The position numbers and the translations under genes are program-made. Positions 14,440 through 28,210 of a DNA stretch of 64,000 nucleotides are shown in pieces. The notes under the pieces are model-generated. The model made no database searches. It was not told the origin of the DNA and worked only from the letters and a program-made list of their open reading frames with translations. The first letter of the stretch is position 1. Every line of letters begins with the position of its first letter. Origin of the DNA: Heterodontus francisci (taxonomy: Eukaryota); NCBI RefSeq assembly GCF_036365525.1, contig NC_090371.1, positions 113,784,388 to 113,848,387 on the forward strand, in the 5' to 3' direction.

Positions 14440-14670
14440 TCTATCTAAAAAAGCTCTAAAGATTCCCCAAGAAAGCATTCAATTGTCCCCACAATCATTC
14501 CATGTCCATTACATGTATTGATTACTATTTGTGTGAAGAACTTCCTAATATCGGTCCTAAATTTTCCATTTACTATTTTGAACCCATGTCCCCTTTCCTA
14601 CTCTCAATTTACTTTAAATCAATTTGCATGGTGCATTACCTTTTCCATACTATTATCTGTCTTGTAAACC
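14440..14670 (-). mobile_element. Old CR1-like 3' fragment; candidate donor of the ~70 bp insert at 12441-12510
   Basis: TGTGTGAAGAACTTCCT and GAACCCATGTCCCCT resemble the reverse complement of CR1 'RGH.FK...KFFTQ'. Boundaries approximate. Confidence 0.5.
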
Positions 14671-15725
14671 TCTGGTTACTGATCCAGCCATCAGCAGAAA
14701 CAGATTCTGCTTATTTGTTCTGATAAAACCCCTCGTTTTTTTCCTTACTTGGCAGCCCACAGAAGAAATAAAGGCTGGCAATTGGCCACCGGTGTCTTCT
14801 GAAATTCCTCATTTGGAAGCCCAGCTTCAGTTTTGTGGAGAAATTAGTCTGAGATGCTATCTACAGCGCTAGCCATGGTGCATTACCTTATTTATTATGA
14901 TAAGTACAGAATTACAGTTGTGAATTTATTGAAAAATTACCATGTCTGTTCTGAAGCCTAATGTGGGCAAAAGCAAAAGGATAAAGTTAAAAGAAAATGC
15001 TAAATCTAACAGAAAAATGTTGCTAAACTGGCTAATGTCATGACAACTGTGCCCTCACTGAAACTAGCTCCCTGATCTTTAGTAAATAATGCAGATTCAT
15101 AACTGTCGATGTTCTAGAGAACTGACCACTTGACTCTGAAAAAAAAAAGAGCTCCAGAAAAAAAAAAATCAAACTGTGAAAAGCATGAGAGAAATCAGGC
15201 AAATCAAGTTGATTTTAGTTGAAGATGCATATTAAGCACATCAAATAATTACCTGGTTATTTTTCAAGTCTGCACCCACAAGAAAACTGCCTTAAATGCA
15301 TATTAAGTATGACTGTTAAAAGCACTTTGTACAGCTCACAAATTAAAAAAAAAATTGCACCTGAATAAAATAGGACACATATTATGGTAACTACACCATG
15401 ATTGACAGTTTATTTTAAAATTTTGATGAATGATATTTAAGATAACCATGAATAAATCCTTCAATAGAAGCATTTTGGTGACCTCTTTTACCCTAATGGG
15501 TTTTCTTTTAAATCATGAGTCAGGAGAACTGAAATGTTTACTAAATTACTTTTAGTTGAAGTGATTAAGCAATATGGGCATATCACTTACGCTTTCTGCA
15601 TGTAGACCAATTTGTCATATCAGTGTCACATTTAAACCTGCTGCTCTTTAATTTTCTTAAAGCTATTAAGGGTGAAATTCCTCTTTGCACATGGAATATC
15701 GATTCAAGCTGGGGTATTTTACTTG

Positions 15726-16499
15726 TGTCAGACAAACCCCTACCTGCTAAGACTTCGCCACATGAATAAAAACTTTAAATTACAAGCCCTGACTGGAAGG
15801 ACATTTGCATGGTACCAGACAATGTTGAAACACTGGGGACCCAGTAGTTGCTTCCCCAATACACAGAAGTGGTCAAACCAGTTTTAGTCACATGACTAGC
15901 TGGCTGGAGTTTTTGAATTTGAACTTCCAACAAAGGATTTGAACTCAGAATGCCGTGTGCTCATGGACTGAGAACATCTCCTCTCTGTTTGCTTGCCTCC
16001 ATCTCTTTCCCACGGAACTGAGTCTTGTGAAGACACGTAAACTCAGAGAACAGTCTCCTATGTGAACAGGGTTGAAGACGAATACTGGGCCCCAACGAAA
16101 CGCAAGGCCATATCTTCAATCAAGGACTACAGCGAGTTGAAGAAACAGTACCAAGATATTACCTATTGCCTCAAACTGTTCTGCTTATCTTTTTTTCTGC
16201 TCTTTCCTATCCCTATTTGCATGTGTATTGCATGTCATGCTAGTGTAGGCGCGCGTATATCCATAGGCGTTAAGCACATCAGAGTTTAAGTTTAAGGTTT
16301 AATAAATTTCATCTTTCTTCTTTAAACCAAAGAAAGCCCGTTTGTGCTCATTTCTTTGCCTTATAATTGGAAAGTTTTGAACAAGGATTCACAAAAAGGT
16401 TGCTCAAAACACAGTGTGTTTAAAATAAAACTCTGTTACAATAAGACCAGGTAAAGACAGCAAAAGACCCTTTGATACATTTCTCACCTGGTCGTAACA
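15726..16499 (+). mobile_element. Solo LTR (family A)
   Basis: TGTCAGAC...GGTCGTAACA with a perfect 4-bp TSD CTTG (15722-15725 / 16500-16503). Homologous to 722-1581. Confidence 0.9.
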
Positions 16500-16736
16500 C
16501 TTGACATTTTAACTCAGAGAAATTAGCTATTTTAAACAGCACATAAATTTCATGCTGTCAGTTAATTTAAATGATAGCAACTTGCAGCCCAGTGCTAAAT
16601 GAGTATGCCTCAGTAGGGGGATGGGTTTGTGCCACTTAAAGCCAGTCTGTTCCTTTTAAAAGGGAGGTGCATTCCAGCTCCATCAGATGCTGGAAGTTGT
16701 TTGGGGAAGACTGTCTGACTGTCAAGACGATTGAAT

Positions 16737-16956
16737 ATGGTGCTACAGTGCAGAATGCCTACTCCAAGATTCTCTGATGGAAGCCTTGGTGAAGGAGGTG
16801 AACAAGAGAGAGGTTTTCTGTTCAGCGGGACCAAGGAGGCCCTCTAGACAAACTTTGCGAAGGTAGTGGATGCAGACAGCCATCGCTGTCAATGTAGCCC
16901 CAAAGGACCTGGATGCACTGCAAGAAGTTTAATGACCACACACAAAAGTGGTCAAG
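16737..16956 (+). pseudogene. Harbinger Myb/SANT-like DNA-binding protein remnant
   Basis: Frameshifted translation PRFSD..EALVKEVNKREVF...RPSRQTLRR*WMQTAIAVN..PRTWMHCKKFND. Confidence 0.75.
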
Positions 16957-17055
16957 ATCAGGGAGTTCATCTTCAAATGACATATCCTTACAAATGAATC
17001 ACGAGCATCACACACTATTCCATTATCCAAACTGCCTTCACTTGCATACCAACAA

Positions 17056-17357
17056 TTGAGAACGAGAGGGCACAGATTTAAAGTATTTGGTGAGAGATTC
17101 AAAAGTGACATGAGGAAAAACTTTTTCACGCAGCAAGTGGTTAAGTCTGGAATGTGCTGCCTGTGAACGTGGTGGAGGCAGGTTTAATTAAAGCATTCAA
17201 AAGGGAATTAGACAGACAGTTATATGAAAAGGAAGAATGTGCAGGGTTATGGGAAAAAGGCAGGGGAATGGAACTGAGGGAATGCTATTTCAGAGAGCTA
17301 GTGTGGACACGATGGGCCGAATGGCCTCTTTTTGCTCTAACACTTCTGCGATCTCTA
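17056..17357 (+). mobile_element. CR1 3' fragment
   Basis: Translates to RTRGHRFKVFG...KNFFTQ. Tail GATGGGCCGAATGGCCTCT. Confidence 0.85.
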
Positions 17358-18133
17358 TCAACCACACTCACATTCAGAGCTACATCTCACCCTCAGAGCA
17401 TTGCTGAACACCCACATCTCCCAGTTGCACACACAGCCAGCTATTCAACCATTCCAGACACATCAGTCAAACATAGTGAACCACACTTGCTGACACACTT
17501 TCCTCTCTCTTGCAGGATAAGGTGGTGCACATTCACAGGCTTCAGGATTTGGCCAGTGGGAGACAAGCACGGTTGCATGTCCTCATCCCAATGGAAGAGA
17601 CAGTACTCACCATCATTGGAGCAGCCATGAATGAGGCCATGACCAATGGGAGACTGAAACAATTGAAGATGATAGTATAATCATATCTAATCCTCCTTCT
17701 CACATCTCACTTCTCCCTCATCCCACAATCTCTTCTGGTTTACGAACTGCAGATGGTTTAAGGATGCACCTCTTGCTTTCTCCCACTCCCCTCAAGACAA
17801 CCCTACCCAAGGGCCCAAGAACTACAACCTGGTCAGAAGTGGTGTAGAAGCAAGAAGTGGGAGAGGAACAAGACGCTGAAGAAGGAAGTCCATCACTCGC
17901 TCTCATGCCAGAGCCACCAGTTCAGGTACTAACGCTGCATGCACATTAAATGGAGCAGAGAGACAGCATCTACACACAGTGAGATTCTGGGCCTGCAGCC
18001 AGGGTCGTGCAGGTGCCATCTCTGTGGAGGCCAAGGTCACACATGAATTCTGTTGCAGAGGATGCAGATGAGGACTTCAATGGGGCAGTCTGCAGAAGAA
18101 GGCTGATGGTATGCACAGTGAAATGCTTGTAAG

Positions 18134-19206
18134 TGTCATGCACAGAAGAAGCTGTGATGAAATGGAAGAATTATGAAGGAAAAAAGTCAACTGTTAAACA
18201 AAACCACAGGAACATGGACATTTGGATCACAGTCAAGATGGAGAAGCGGTCATGTGACCCCCTCCTGTACTGAAAAAAATCAACAAACCTGTCTGCAGAG
18301 CTGAACCTCATGAACCTTATCTGAAATAGCTCTGGGGAGAATCCCTTTGAAATTGAAAAGAGCGCTATTGCATATTAATGACTCTTATCGACATGAATGA
18401 ACTAACAAAGGAGACAGACTGACTCACAGCCCAAATCAAAATAAACGGGTGTGAACTAGCACTGTTCGACCAGAATGGTCCCCATTCAGACATCAATCGA
18501 TAGCCATGATCATCATATCCTGGTCCATTGTGTGGTCACACCAGGGGAGTGGGCCATGTATCTCCTAACAGAAACTCTAATGTGATGGATTCTTACCTTA
18601 AAAAGGTAACCCTCTAAAGAGAGAGAGATATGGGAAATCATACCAACACCTTCAGAAAGCAATCCAGCCAGAGGCTGTTCAAGCGATCTAGCCAAGCAAG
18701 AAACCTGCTGAACAATAACTAAACGACTATAGCAGAGACATCACAAAGTGATTGCAAGACTCTTCATCTATGTAGGTAATAAAAATCCACACCACCAGCT
18801 TTCTGTTGCGTTGTAACCACGAGAACTCTACAACACCTCATCAACAAGTTTGAGACTACAAACACCAGGCCTGCACCTTTAAAAGAGACTGTCCTCCTGA
18901 GAAGATTCAAGAGGTTTATTGTAAACCATGAACAGTTTTTTTTTTATTCGTTTCATGGGATCTGGGCTGGCCAGGTCAGCATTTTTCTTTTCTCTCTATC
19001 TCTTATGTATATGTGTGTGTGAGAGTGATTATGTCAATGGGTGAGGTTGCGATCATTTTGGGAATAGGTTAGAAATAGTTATTTTTATTAAACCTACGAG
19101 AAACCCTATCATTTGTCCGTTCATTTGACCTGAAAGGCACTCAGGGCCAAAACATTATTTTTAACAAAATATGACTGCAGTCAGTTGGGAGATGAACAGT
19201 GGGAAC
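18134..19206 (+). repeat. Gypsy 5' LTR, main part (last 29 bp displaced to 34041-34069)
   Basis: Colinear with 39067-40034. Contains a short reverse family-B LINE tail at ~18936-18983. Confidence 0.9.
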
Positions 19207-19328
19207 TGTTAATGGTTAATTATGTTGTTCCAGCTGAAGGGCATTATTAAATTAAGGATTCGAAGAGAGCCTGCTGGACACAAAGGTGGTTGGTAAACAG
19301 AAAGCAGAGATGTGTAATGCTGCATTCT

Positions 19329-19663
19329 ATTTATATTTTATTTAGAGATACAGCACTGAAACAGGCCCTTCAGCCCACCGAGTCTGTGCTGACCAACAAC
19401 CACCCATTTATACTAATTCTACATTAACCCCATATTCCCTACCACATCCCCACCACCTACCTAAACTAGGGGCAATTTACAATGGCCAATTTAACTATCA
19501 ACCTGCAAGTCTTTGGCTGTGGGAGGAATCCAGGGCACCCGGTGGAAACCCACGCGGTCACAGGGAGAACTTGCAAACTCCACACAGGCAATACCCAAAA
19601 CTGAACCCGGGTCGCTGGAGCTGTGAGGCTGCGGTGCGAACCACTGCGCCACTGTGCTGCCCA
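19329..19663 (-). mobile_element. tRNA-derived SINE (HE1/V-SINE-like) inside the Copia 5' LTR
   Basis: TSD ATTCT (19324-19328 / 19664-19668). The 3' LTR reads CTGCATTCTGTGAATAA uninterrupted. Confidence 0.95.
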
Positions 19664-19744
19664 ATTCTGTCAATAACCTGACTATCAAGAAAAGGATCTA
19701 TGTTTAGTTTCATTCTTCACTGTTTGGCTTGGATCCATTTAACT

Positions 19745-19762
19745 TGGTAGCAGAGAATGATT
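19745..19762 (+). promoter_or_regulatory. Primer-binding site, tRNA-iMet (Copia)
   Basis: TGGTAGCAGAGAATGATT matches 16/18 of TGGTAGCAGAGGATGGTT and lies immediately after the LTR. Confidence 0.9.
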
Positions 19763-21501
19763 GCCTAAAGAACAAAGAACAGTATAGCACAGGAACAGGC
19801 CATTCGGCCCTCCAAACCTGTGCCGATCTTGATGCTTGCCTAAACTAAAATCTTCCGCACTTCCGGGGACCATATCCCTCTATTCCCATCCTATTCATGT
19901 ATTTGTCAAGATGCCTCTTAAACGGCGCTATCACACCAGCTTCCACCACCTCCCCCGGCAGCAAGTTCCAGGCACTCACCACCCTCTGTGTAAAGAACTT
20001 GCCTCGCACATCCCCTCTAAACTTTGCCCCTCTCACCTTAAACCTATGTCCCCTAGTAACTGACTCTTCCACCCTGGGAAAAAGCTTCTGACTATCCACT
20101 CTGTCCATGCCACTCATAACTTTGTAAACCTCTATCATGTTGCCCCTCCACCTCCGTCGTTCCATGAAAACAATCCGAGTTTTTCCAACCTCTCCTCATA
20201 GCTAATGCCCTCCAGACCAGGCAACATCCTGGTAAACCACTTCTCTACCCTCTCCAAAGCCTCCACATCCTTCTGGTAGTGTGGCGACCAGAATTGCATG
20301 CAATATTCTAAGTGTGGCCTAACTAAAGTTCTGAACAGCTGCAGCATGACTTGCCAATTTTTATACTCTATGCCCCGACCGATGAAGGCAAGCATGCCAT
20401 ATGCCTTCTTGACTACCTTATCCACCTGCGTTGACACTTTGTGACCTGTGGACCTGTACGCCCAGATCTCTCTGCCTGTCAATACTCCTAAGGGTTCTGC
20501 CATTTACTGAATACTTCCCACCTGCATTAGATCTTCCAAAATGCATTACCTCACATTTGTCTGGATTAATCTCCATCTGCCATTTCTCCGCCCAAGTCTC
20601 CAACCGATCTATATCCTGCTGTATCCTCTGACAATCCTCATCACTGTCCGCAACTCCACCAACCTTTGTGTCATCCGCAAACTTACTGATCAGACCAGCT
20701 ACATTTTCCTCCAAATCATTTATATATGCTACAAAGAGCAAAGGTCCCAGCACAGATCCCTGCGGAACACCACTAGTCGCATCCCTCCATTCAGAAAAGC
20801 ACCCTTCCACTGCTACCCTCTGTCTTCTATGACCGAGCCAGTTCTCTATCCATCTTGCCAGCTCACCTCTGATCCCGTGTGACTTCACCCCTTGTACCAG
20901 TCTGCCATGAGGGACCTTGTCAAAGGCTTTACTGAAGTCCATATAGATAACATCCACTGCCCTTCCTTCATCAATCATCTTTGTCACTTCCTCAAAAAAC
21001 TCAATCAAATTAGTGAGACACGACCTCCCCTTCACAAAATCCTGTCCCGAAGAATCCTCTCTAATAATTTCCCCACCACTGACGCAAGGCTCACCGGCCT
21101 GTAATTTCCTGGATTATCCTTGCTACCCTTCTTAAACAAAAGAACAACATTGGCTATTCTCCAGTCCTCTGGGACCTCACCTGTAGCCAATGAGGATGCA
21201 AAGATTTCTGTCAAGGCCCCAGCAATTTCTTCCCTTGCCTCCCTCAGTATTCTGGGGTAGATCCCATCAGGCCCTGGGGACTTATCTACCTTAATGCTTT
21301 GCAAGACACCCAACACCTCCTCCTTTTTGATAGTGAGATGACTGAGACTATCTACACTCTCTTCCCTAGGCTCATCATCCACCAAGTCCTTCTCTTTGGT
21401 GAATACTGATACAAAGTACTCATTTAGTACCTCGCCCATTTCCTCTGGCTCCACACATAGATTCCCTTCTCTGTCCTTGAGTGGGTCAACCCTTTCCCTA
21501 G

Positions 21502-24180
21502 AGGAAAGAGGATATCACAGCTGTGCTGAAGGAGGGCACTATGGAGGACTCGAGCAGTGAGGCAATATGGACAGAACTCAGAAATAGGAAGGGTGCGGTA
21601 ACAATGTTGGGGCTGTACTACAGGCCTCCCAACAGCAAGCGTGAGATAGAGGTACAAATATGTAAACAGATTATGGAAAGATGTAGGAGCAACAGGGTGG
21701 TGGTGATAGGAGATTTTAATTTTCCCAACATTGACTGGGATTCGCTTAGTGTTAGAGGTCCAGATGGAGCAGAATTTGTAAGGAGCATCCAGGAGGGTTT
21801 TCCAGAGCAGTATGTAAGTAGTCCAACTCGGGAAGGGGCCATACTGGACCTGGTGTTGGGGAATGAGCCCGGCCAGGTTGTTGAAGTTTCAGTAGGGGAC
21901 TACTTTGGGAATAGTGATCACAATTCCGTAAGCTTTAAAATACTCATGGACAAAGACGAGAGTGGTCCTAAAGGAAGAGTGCTAAATTGGGGGAAGGCCA
22001 ACTATACCAAAATTCGGCAGGAGCTGGGAAATGTAGATTGGGAGCAGCTGTTTGAAGGTAAATCCACATGTGATATGTGGGAGGCTTTTAAAGAGAGGTT
22101 GATAAGCATGCAGGAGAGACATGTTCCTGTGAAAATGAGGGATAGAAATGGCAAGATTAGGGAACCATGGATGACAGGTGAAATTGTGAGACCAGCTAAG
22201 AGGAAAAAGGAAGCATACATAAGGTCTAGGCGGCTGATGAAAGACGAAGCTTTGAAAGAATATCGGGAATGTAGGACCAATCTGAAATGAGGAATTAAGA
22301 GGGCTAAAAGGGGTCATGAAATATCTTTAGCAAACAGGGTTAAGGAAAATCCCAAAGCCTTTTATTCATATATAAGGAGAAAGAGGGTAACTAGAGAAAG
22401 GATTGGCCCACTAAAGGACAAAGGAGGAATGTTATGCTTGGACTCAGAGAAAATGGGTGAGATTCTAAACGAGTACTTTGCATCGGTATTCACCGAGGAG
22501 AGGGACATGACGGATGTTGAGGTTAGGAACAGATGTTTGATTACTCTCGGTCAAGTCGGCATCAGGAGGGAGGAAGTGTTGGGTATTCTAAAGGGCATTA
22601 AGGTGGACAAGTCCCCAGGTCCGGATGGGATCTATCCCAGGTTACTGAGGGAAGCGAGAGAGGAAATAGCTGGGGCCTTAACAGATATCTTTGCAGCATC
22701 CTTAAACACGGGTGAGGTCCCGGAGGACTGGAGAATTGCTAATGTTGTCCCCTTGTTTAAGAAGGGTAGCAGGGATAATCCAGGTAATTATAGACCGGTG
22801 AGCCTGACGTCAGTGGTAGGGAAGCTGCTGGAGAAGATACTGAGGGATAGGATCTATTCCCATTTGGAAGAAAATGGGCTCATCAGTGATAGGCAACATG
22901 GTTTTGTGCAGGGAAGGTCATGTCTTACCAACTTAATAGAATTCTTTGAGGAAGTGACAAAGTTGATTGATGAGGGAAGGGCTGTCGATGTCATATACAT
23001 GGACTTCAGTAAGGCGTTTGATAAGGTTCCCCATGGCAGGCTGATGGAGAAAGTGAAGGCGCTTGGGGTCCAAGGTGTCCTAGCTAGATGGATAAAGAAC
23101 TGGCTGGGCAACAGGAGACAGAGAGTAGCAGTAGAAGGGAGTTTCTCAAAATGGAGACGTGTGACCAATGGTGTTCCACAGGGATCCGTGCTGGGACCAC
23201 TGTTGTTTGTGATATACATTAATGATTTGGAGGAAAGTATAGGTGGTCTGATTAGCAAGTTTGCAGACGACACTAAGATTGGTGGAGTAGCAGATAGTGA
23301 AGGGGACTGTCAGAGAATACAGCAGAATATAGATAGATTGGAGAGTTGGGCAGAGAAATGGCAGATGGAGTTCAATCAGGGCAAATGCGAGGTGATGCAT
23401 TTTGGAAGATCCAATTCAAGAGTGAACTATACAGTAAATGGAAAAGTCCTGGGGAAAATTGATGTCCAGAGAGATTTGGGTGTTCAGGTCCACTGTTCCC
23501 TGAAGGTGGCAACGCAGGTAAATAGAGTGGTCAAGAAGGCATACGGCATGCTTTCCTTCATCGGACGGGGCATTGAGTACAAGAGTTGGCAGGTCATGTT
23601 ACAGTTGTATAGGACTTTGGATCGGCCACATTTGGAATACTGCGTACAGTTCTGGTCGCCACATTATCAAAAGGATGTGGATGCTTTGGAGAGGGTGCAG
23701 AGGAGGTTCACCAGGATGTTGCCTGGTATGGAGGGCGCTAGCTATGAAGAGAGGTTGAGTAGATTAGGATTATTTTCATTAGAAAGACGGAGGTTGAGGG
23801 GGGACCTGATTGAGGTGTACAAAATCATGAGAGGTATAGACAGGGTGGATAGCAAGAGGCTTTTTCCCCAGAGTGGGGGTTTCAATTACTAGAGGACACG
23901 AGTTCAAAGTGAAAGGGGAAAAGTTTAGGGGGGATATGCGTGGAAAGTTCATTACGCAGAGGGTGGTGGGCACCTGGAACGCATTGCCAGCGGAGGTGGT
24001 AGATGCGGGCACGATGGAGTCTTTTAAGATGTATCTAGACAGATACATGAATGGGCAGGAAGAAAAGAGATACAGAACCTTAGAAAATAGGCGACATGTT
24101 TAGAGAGAGGATCTGGATCGGCGCAGGCTTGGAGGGCCGAAGGGCCTGTTCCTGTGCTGTAATTATCTTTGTTCTTTGTT
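21502..24180 (+). mobile_element. Young 5'-truncated CR1 nested antisense in the full-length CR1
   Basis: TSD CTAG (21498-21501 / 24181-24184). ORFs 21523-22290 and 22429-23892 are in one frame, separated by a single TGA. One late frameshift near 23865. Confidence 0.95.
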
Positions 24181-25399
24181 CTAGTTACCCTCTTGCTCTT
24201 TATATACGTATAAAAAGCCTTGGGATTTTCCTTAATTCTGTTTGCCAATGACTTTTCATGACCCCTTTTAGCCTTCCTGACTCCTTCCTACTGTCTTTAT
24301 ATTTCTCAAGGAATTTGTCCGTTCCGAGCCTTCCAGCCCTTACGAATGCTTCCTTTTTCTTTTTGACTAGGCTCACAATATCCCACATTATCCAAGGTTC
24401 CCGAAACTTGCCAAACTTATCCTTCTTCCTCACAGGAACATGCTGGTCCTGGATTCTAATCAACTAACGTTTGAAAGACTTCCACATGTCAGATGTTGAT
24501 TTACCCTCAAACAGCCGCCCCCAATCTAAATTCTTCAGTTCCTGCCTAATATTGTTATAATTAGCCTTTCCCCAATTTAGCACCTTCACCCGAGGACTAC
24601 TCTTATCCTTATCCACAAGTACCTTAAAGCTTATGGAATTATGGTCACTGTTCCCGAAATGCTCCCCTACTGAAACTTCGACCACCTGGCTGGGGTCATT
24701 CCCCAATACCAGGTCCAGTACGGCCCCATCCCTAGTTGGAATATCTCCATATTGTTTCAAGAAGCCCTCCTGGAAGCTCCTTACAAATTCTGCCCCATCC
24801 AAGCCCCTAGCACTAAGTGAGTCCCAGTCAATATAGGGGAGGTTAAAATCACCCACCACTACAACCCTGTTACCTTTACATCTTTCCAAAATCTGTCCAC
24901 ATATCTGCTCCTCTACCTCCCGCTGGCTGTTGGGAGGCCTGTAGAAAACCCCCAACATCGTGACTGCACCCTTCCTATTCCTGAGCTCCATCCATATTGC
25001 CTCGCTGCACGACCCCTCCGAGGTGTCCTCCCGCAGTACAGCTGTGATATTTTCCTTAACAAGTAATGCAACTCCCCCACCCCTTTTACATCCCCCTCTA
25101 TCCCACCTGAAGCTTCTAAATCCTGGAACATTTAGCTGCCAATCCTGTCCTTCCCTCAACCAAGTCTATGTAATAGCAACAACATCATAGTTCCAAGTAC
25201 TCCAAGCTCTAAGTTCATCTGCCTTATCTGTTATACTTCTTGCATTGAAACAAATGCACTTCAGACCACCAGTCCCGCTGTGCTCAGCAACATCGCCCTG
25301 CCTGCTCTTCCTCTTAGTCTTACTGGCCTTATTTACTAGTTCCCTCTTATTTATTTCACTTGCTGTCCTACTGCTCTGGTTCCCACCCCACCTGCCACA

Positions 25400-26240
25400 C
25401 TAGGTTAAACCCTCCCGAGTGACACTAGCAAACCTCGCAGCCAGGATATTTGTGCCTCTCCAGTTTAGATGCAACCCGTCCTTCTTGTACAGGTCCCATC
25501 TGTCCCTGAAGAGATCCCAATGGTCCAGATATCTGAAACCCTCCCTTCTACACCAGCTGCTCAGCCACGTGTTTAGCTGCACTATCTTCCTATTTCTGAC
25601 CTCACTGGCACGTGGCACAGGGAGTAATCCCAAGATTACAACCCTAGAGGTCCTGTCTTTTAACTTTCTACCTAACTCCCTAAACTCCCCCTGCAGGACC
25701 TCGTCACTCTTCCTGCCTATGTCGTTGGTACCGATGTGTACCACAACCTCTGGCTGTTCACCCTCCCCCTTCAGAATGCCCTCTGTCCGTTCAGAGACAT
25801 CCTTGACCCTGGCACCAGGGAGGCAACATACCATCCTGGAGTCTCTTTCACATCCACAGAAGCGCCTATCTGTGCCCCTATAACTATTGCTGTTCTGCGC
25901 TTTGTCCCTCCCTGCTGAACAACAGTGCCAGCCGTGGTGCCACTGCTCTGGCTGCTGCTGTTTTCCCCTGATAGGCCATCCCACCCAACAGTATTCAAAA
26001 CGGTATACTTGTTAGAGAGGGGGATAGCCACAGGGGCTTCCTGCACTGACTGCCTGCCCCTTCTAGCGGTCACCCATCTATCTGCCTGCACCTTGGGTGG
26101 AACCACTTCTCTAAAACTCCTGTCTATGACGCTTTCTGCCACCTGCATGCTCCTAAGTGCATCCAGTTGCTGCTCCAACCGATCCATGCGGTCTGTGAGG
26201 AGCTGCAACTGGGTACACTTCCTGCAGATGTAGTCGTCCG
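25400..26240 (-). pseudogene. CR1 ORF1 (coiled coil and SGNH/GDSL esterase), frameshifted
   Basis: CCLPGARV, HIGTNDIG and DGLHLN motifs. Confidence 0.9.
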
Positions 26241-26329
26241 GAACGCTGGAAGCGCTTCACCCCTCTGACATTTCTCGCACTAATTAATAAATTAATTTAA
26301 AATAAATAAATACTTATAAAATCCTTACT

Positions 26330-26555
26330 TCTTTTTCTTTTGGGCCTCCTTATCTCGAGAGACAATGGATACGCGCCTGGAGGTGGTCAGTGGTTTGTGA
26401 AGCAGCGCCTGGAGTGGCTATAAAGGCCAATTCTAGAGTGACAGGCTCTTCCACAGGTGCTGCAGAGAAATTTGTTTGTCGGGGCTGTTGCACAGTTGGC
26501 TCTCCCCTTGCGCCTCTGTCTTTTTTCCTGCCAACTACTAAGTCTCTTCGACTCG
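26330..26555 (-). mobile_element. Short retroposed insert (SINE or truncated LINE, possibly RTE-related) in the CR1 5'UTR
   Basis: TSD CTTACT (26324-26329 / 26556-26561). A/G-rich tail on the minus strand. GC-rich and CpG-containing within AT-rich flanks. Confidence 0.7.
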
Positions 26556-27761
26556 CTTACTAAATTGTTATAATTAACTATATGGTCCCTAGTGCTAGAT
26601 TCCTACTATAAATATTAAATGCTAACTAAATACAGTAATCTCCTCCCTCTAGTTTAGTGACTACTTGTTAATTAGGTTTTTAATCAATTTTTATCAATGT
26701 TTTATTTTCAAATTCAGTAAAAAAATTCCCTACCAGCCAATCAGGTCACAGCTTTCCTGTGACGTCACTTTCAGTTTTTTTTACCAGCGGTAAGTTTTTT
26801 ATACTTACCGGTCTGGAACTCCGCCCTCCGAGTCTTCTCCCAGTCAGCTGTGCTCTTTGGAAGCTCTCAGCTCCCCTCACTCTGAGGACAGGTAGGAAAT
26901 GAAAGGAGCTCCTCACTCCCTCCTTACCGAACTTCCTCACTTACCAAACTTCCACTGTAGCACTCTAATACAACCCAAGTCAGCACTCCAATGCAAACAA
27001 AGTCAGCACTGTAAGATGGCTCACTTTTATACTGACTGACTCTAGCCCCCTGAAAACTGGTTTAAGCCAATTTTCTAATTAACACGGTGCAGCTGCAAGC
27101 AGAGCCTGAGTGAACCCTGTTTAAAGCTGGTCTAAAACTCACCTTCCCCAACCCAAACAGCAACTGTTAAGTTACTCTGCTAAATAAAAGACAGATTAGA
27201 TTTAAGATAAAATTAACCCTTAATTATCCTCAGTTACCAAACTTCCACTGTCGCACTCTAATGCAACCCAAGTCAGCACTCCAGTGCAAAAAGGTGAAGA
27301 TTGGAAACTATTTTTTTTCCAGATGGAAGGTTGCAATCTGAATTACTTTTGAGAAGAATGGCTGAAACCAACTGCGAAATGTCAGGGTATGATTTCCCAC
27401 CAATGTTCTCTGAATCTGAATCTTATGACCAATGGAAAAAAGAAAACCAGGTATGGCCTTGGCACTGTCCCTTCCTAAAAAAAAGCAAGATCAGGTGCAA
27501 AGTGTTTTGTGAGGCTCGTCAGTTGGACACTGAGGAAGGTTTGGAGCTTCTATTCAGCTTTATGGATAAAATTTATAAGAAAAATGATTTTATTAAATGC
27601 ATACCAGGCATGATCAGAATTTGCTAAATTTAGAAAGACAGATGATCATTCCATAAAGGGAAAAATTATGGAATTTTACACACTATATAACAGACTGCAG
27701 AAATTCTACTTTGAAATTCCTTGTTCAGTGCATGCTTTCAAATTGTTGGATTGTGCTAAAG

Positions 27762-28210
27762 CAGAGGTGTCCAACATACAGCCCGCAGGCTAGAATCTGG
27801 CCTGCTGAAGGTTTCCATCCAGCTCGCTGGTCCCCTGTGACTGACAGCAGGCTGCAAGGGGCTCACCTGTACAGTCGTGTATGTCAGGTGGAGGGCTGGA
27901 TGGGGCCTGCGTCTAAAGGATGGTGGACGTCTGTCAGTGATTGGTCACTGTGTGATTGACAGAGGGTTGCTCATGTGGTGGTGAACGCTGATTGGCAGTT
28001 CGCAGCGCAGGCGTACTGAGATCAGCCACCCCTGCTGTTTTTGCACGGTTCAGGGACCGGGCGCAAATGCAAGCGGGGAATGCGAGAGATGTATGGAAGG
28101 GGGTTGAGAGAAACAGATGGAGAGCGAGACAGGGAGACAGACAGATAGAGAGGGGGGGAAGAGAGAGAGAGACAGCTGGGGGGAGAGAGAGAGAGACAGG
28201 GGGTGGGGGG
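27762..28210 (+). mobile_element. hAT/Charlie-like non-autonomous element, left part, ending in GA-rich simple sequence
   Basis: Starts CAGAGGTGTCCAACATACAGCCCGCAGGC, resembling a Charlie-type terminus. Interrupts Copia gag. Right TIR not found. Confidence 0.6.

Larger units (their letters stand above)
19767..27290 (-). mobile_element. Full-length CR1 LINE (5'UTR, esterase ORF1, APE-RT ORF2), inactivated, inserted just after the Copia PBS
   Basis: 3' tail at 19767. RT fragments 19845-21454, APE 24464-25159, ORF1 25400-26240. 5'UTR has a ~60-bp direct repeat (26941-26997 / 27234-27290), CCAAT and TGACGTCA (26760-26767). Confidence 0.93.

Noticed and set aside
15252-15361. Minus-strand segment bounded by ag/gt sites
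   Set aside because: All frames contain stops and it includes a T homopolymer.
26941-27290. ~60-bp direct repeats that could suggest CRISPR-like or novel arrays
   Set aside because: They are 5'UTR repeats of the full-length CR1, with only two units, in a eukaryotic context.
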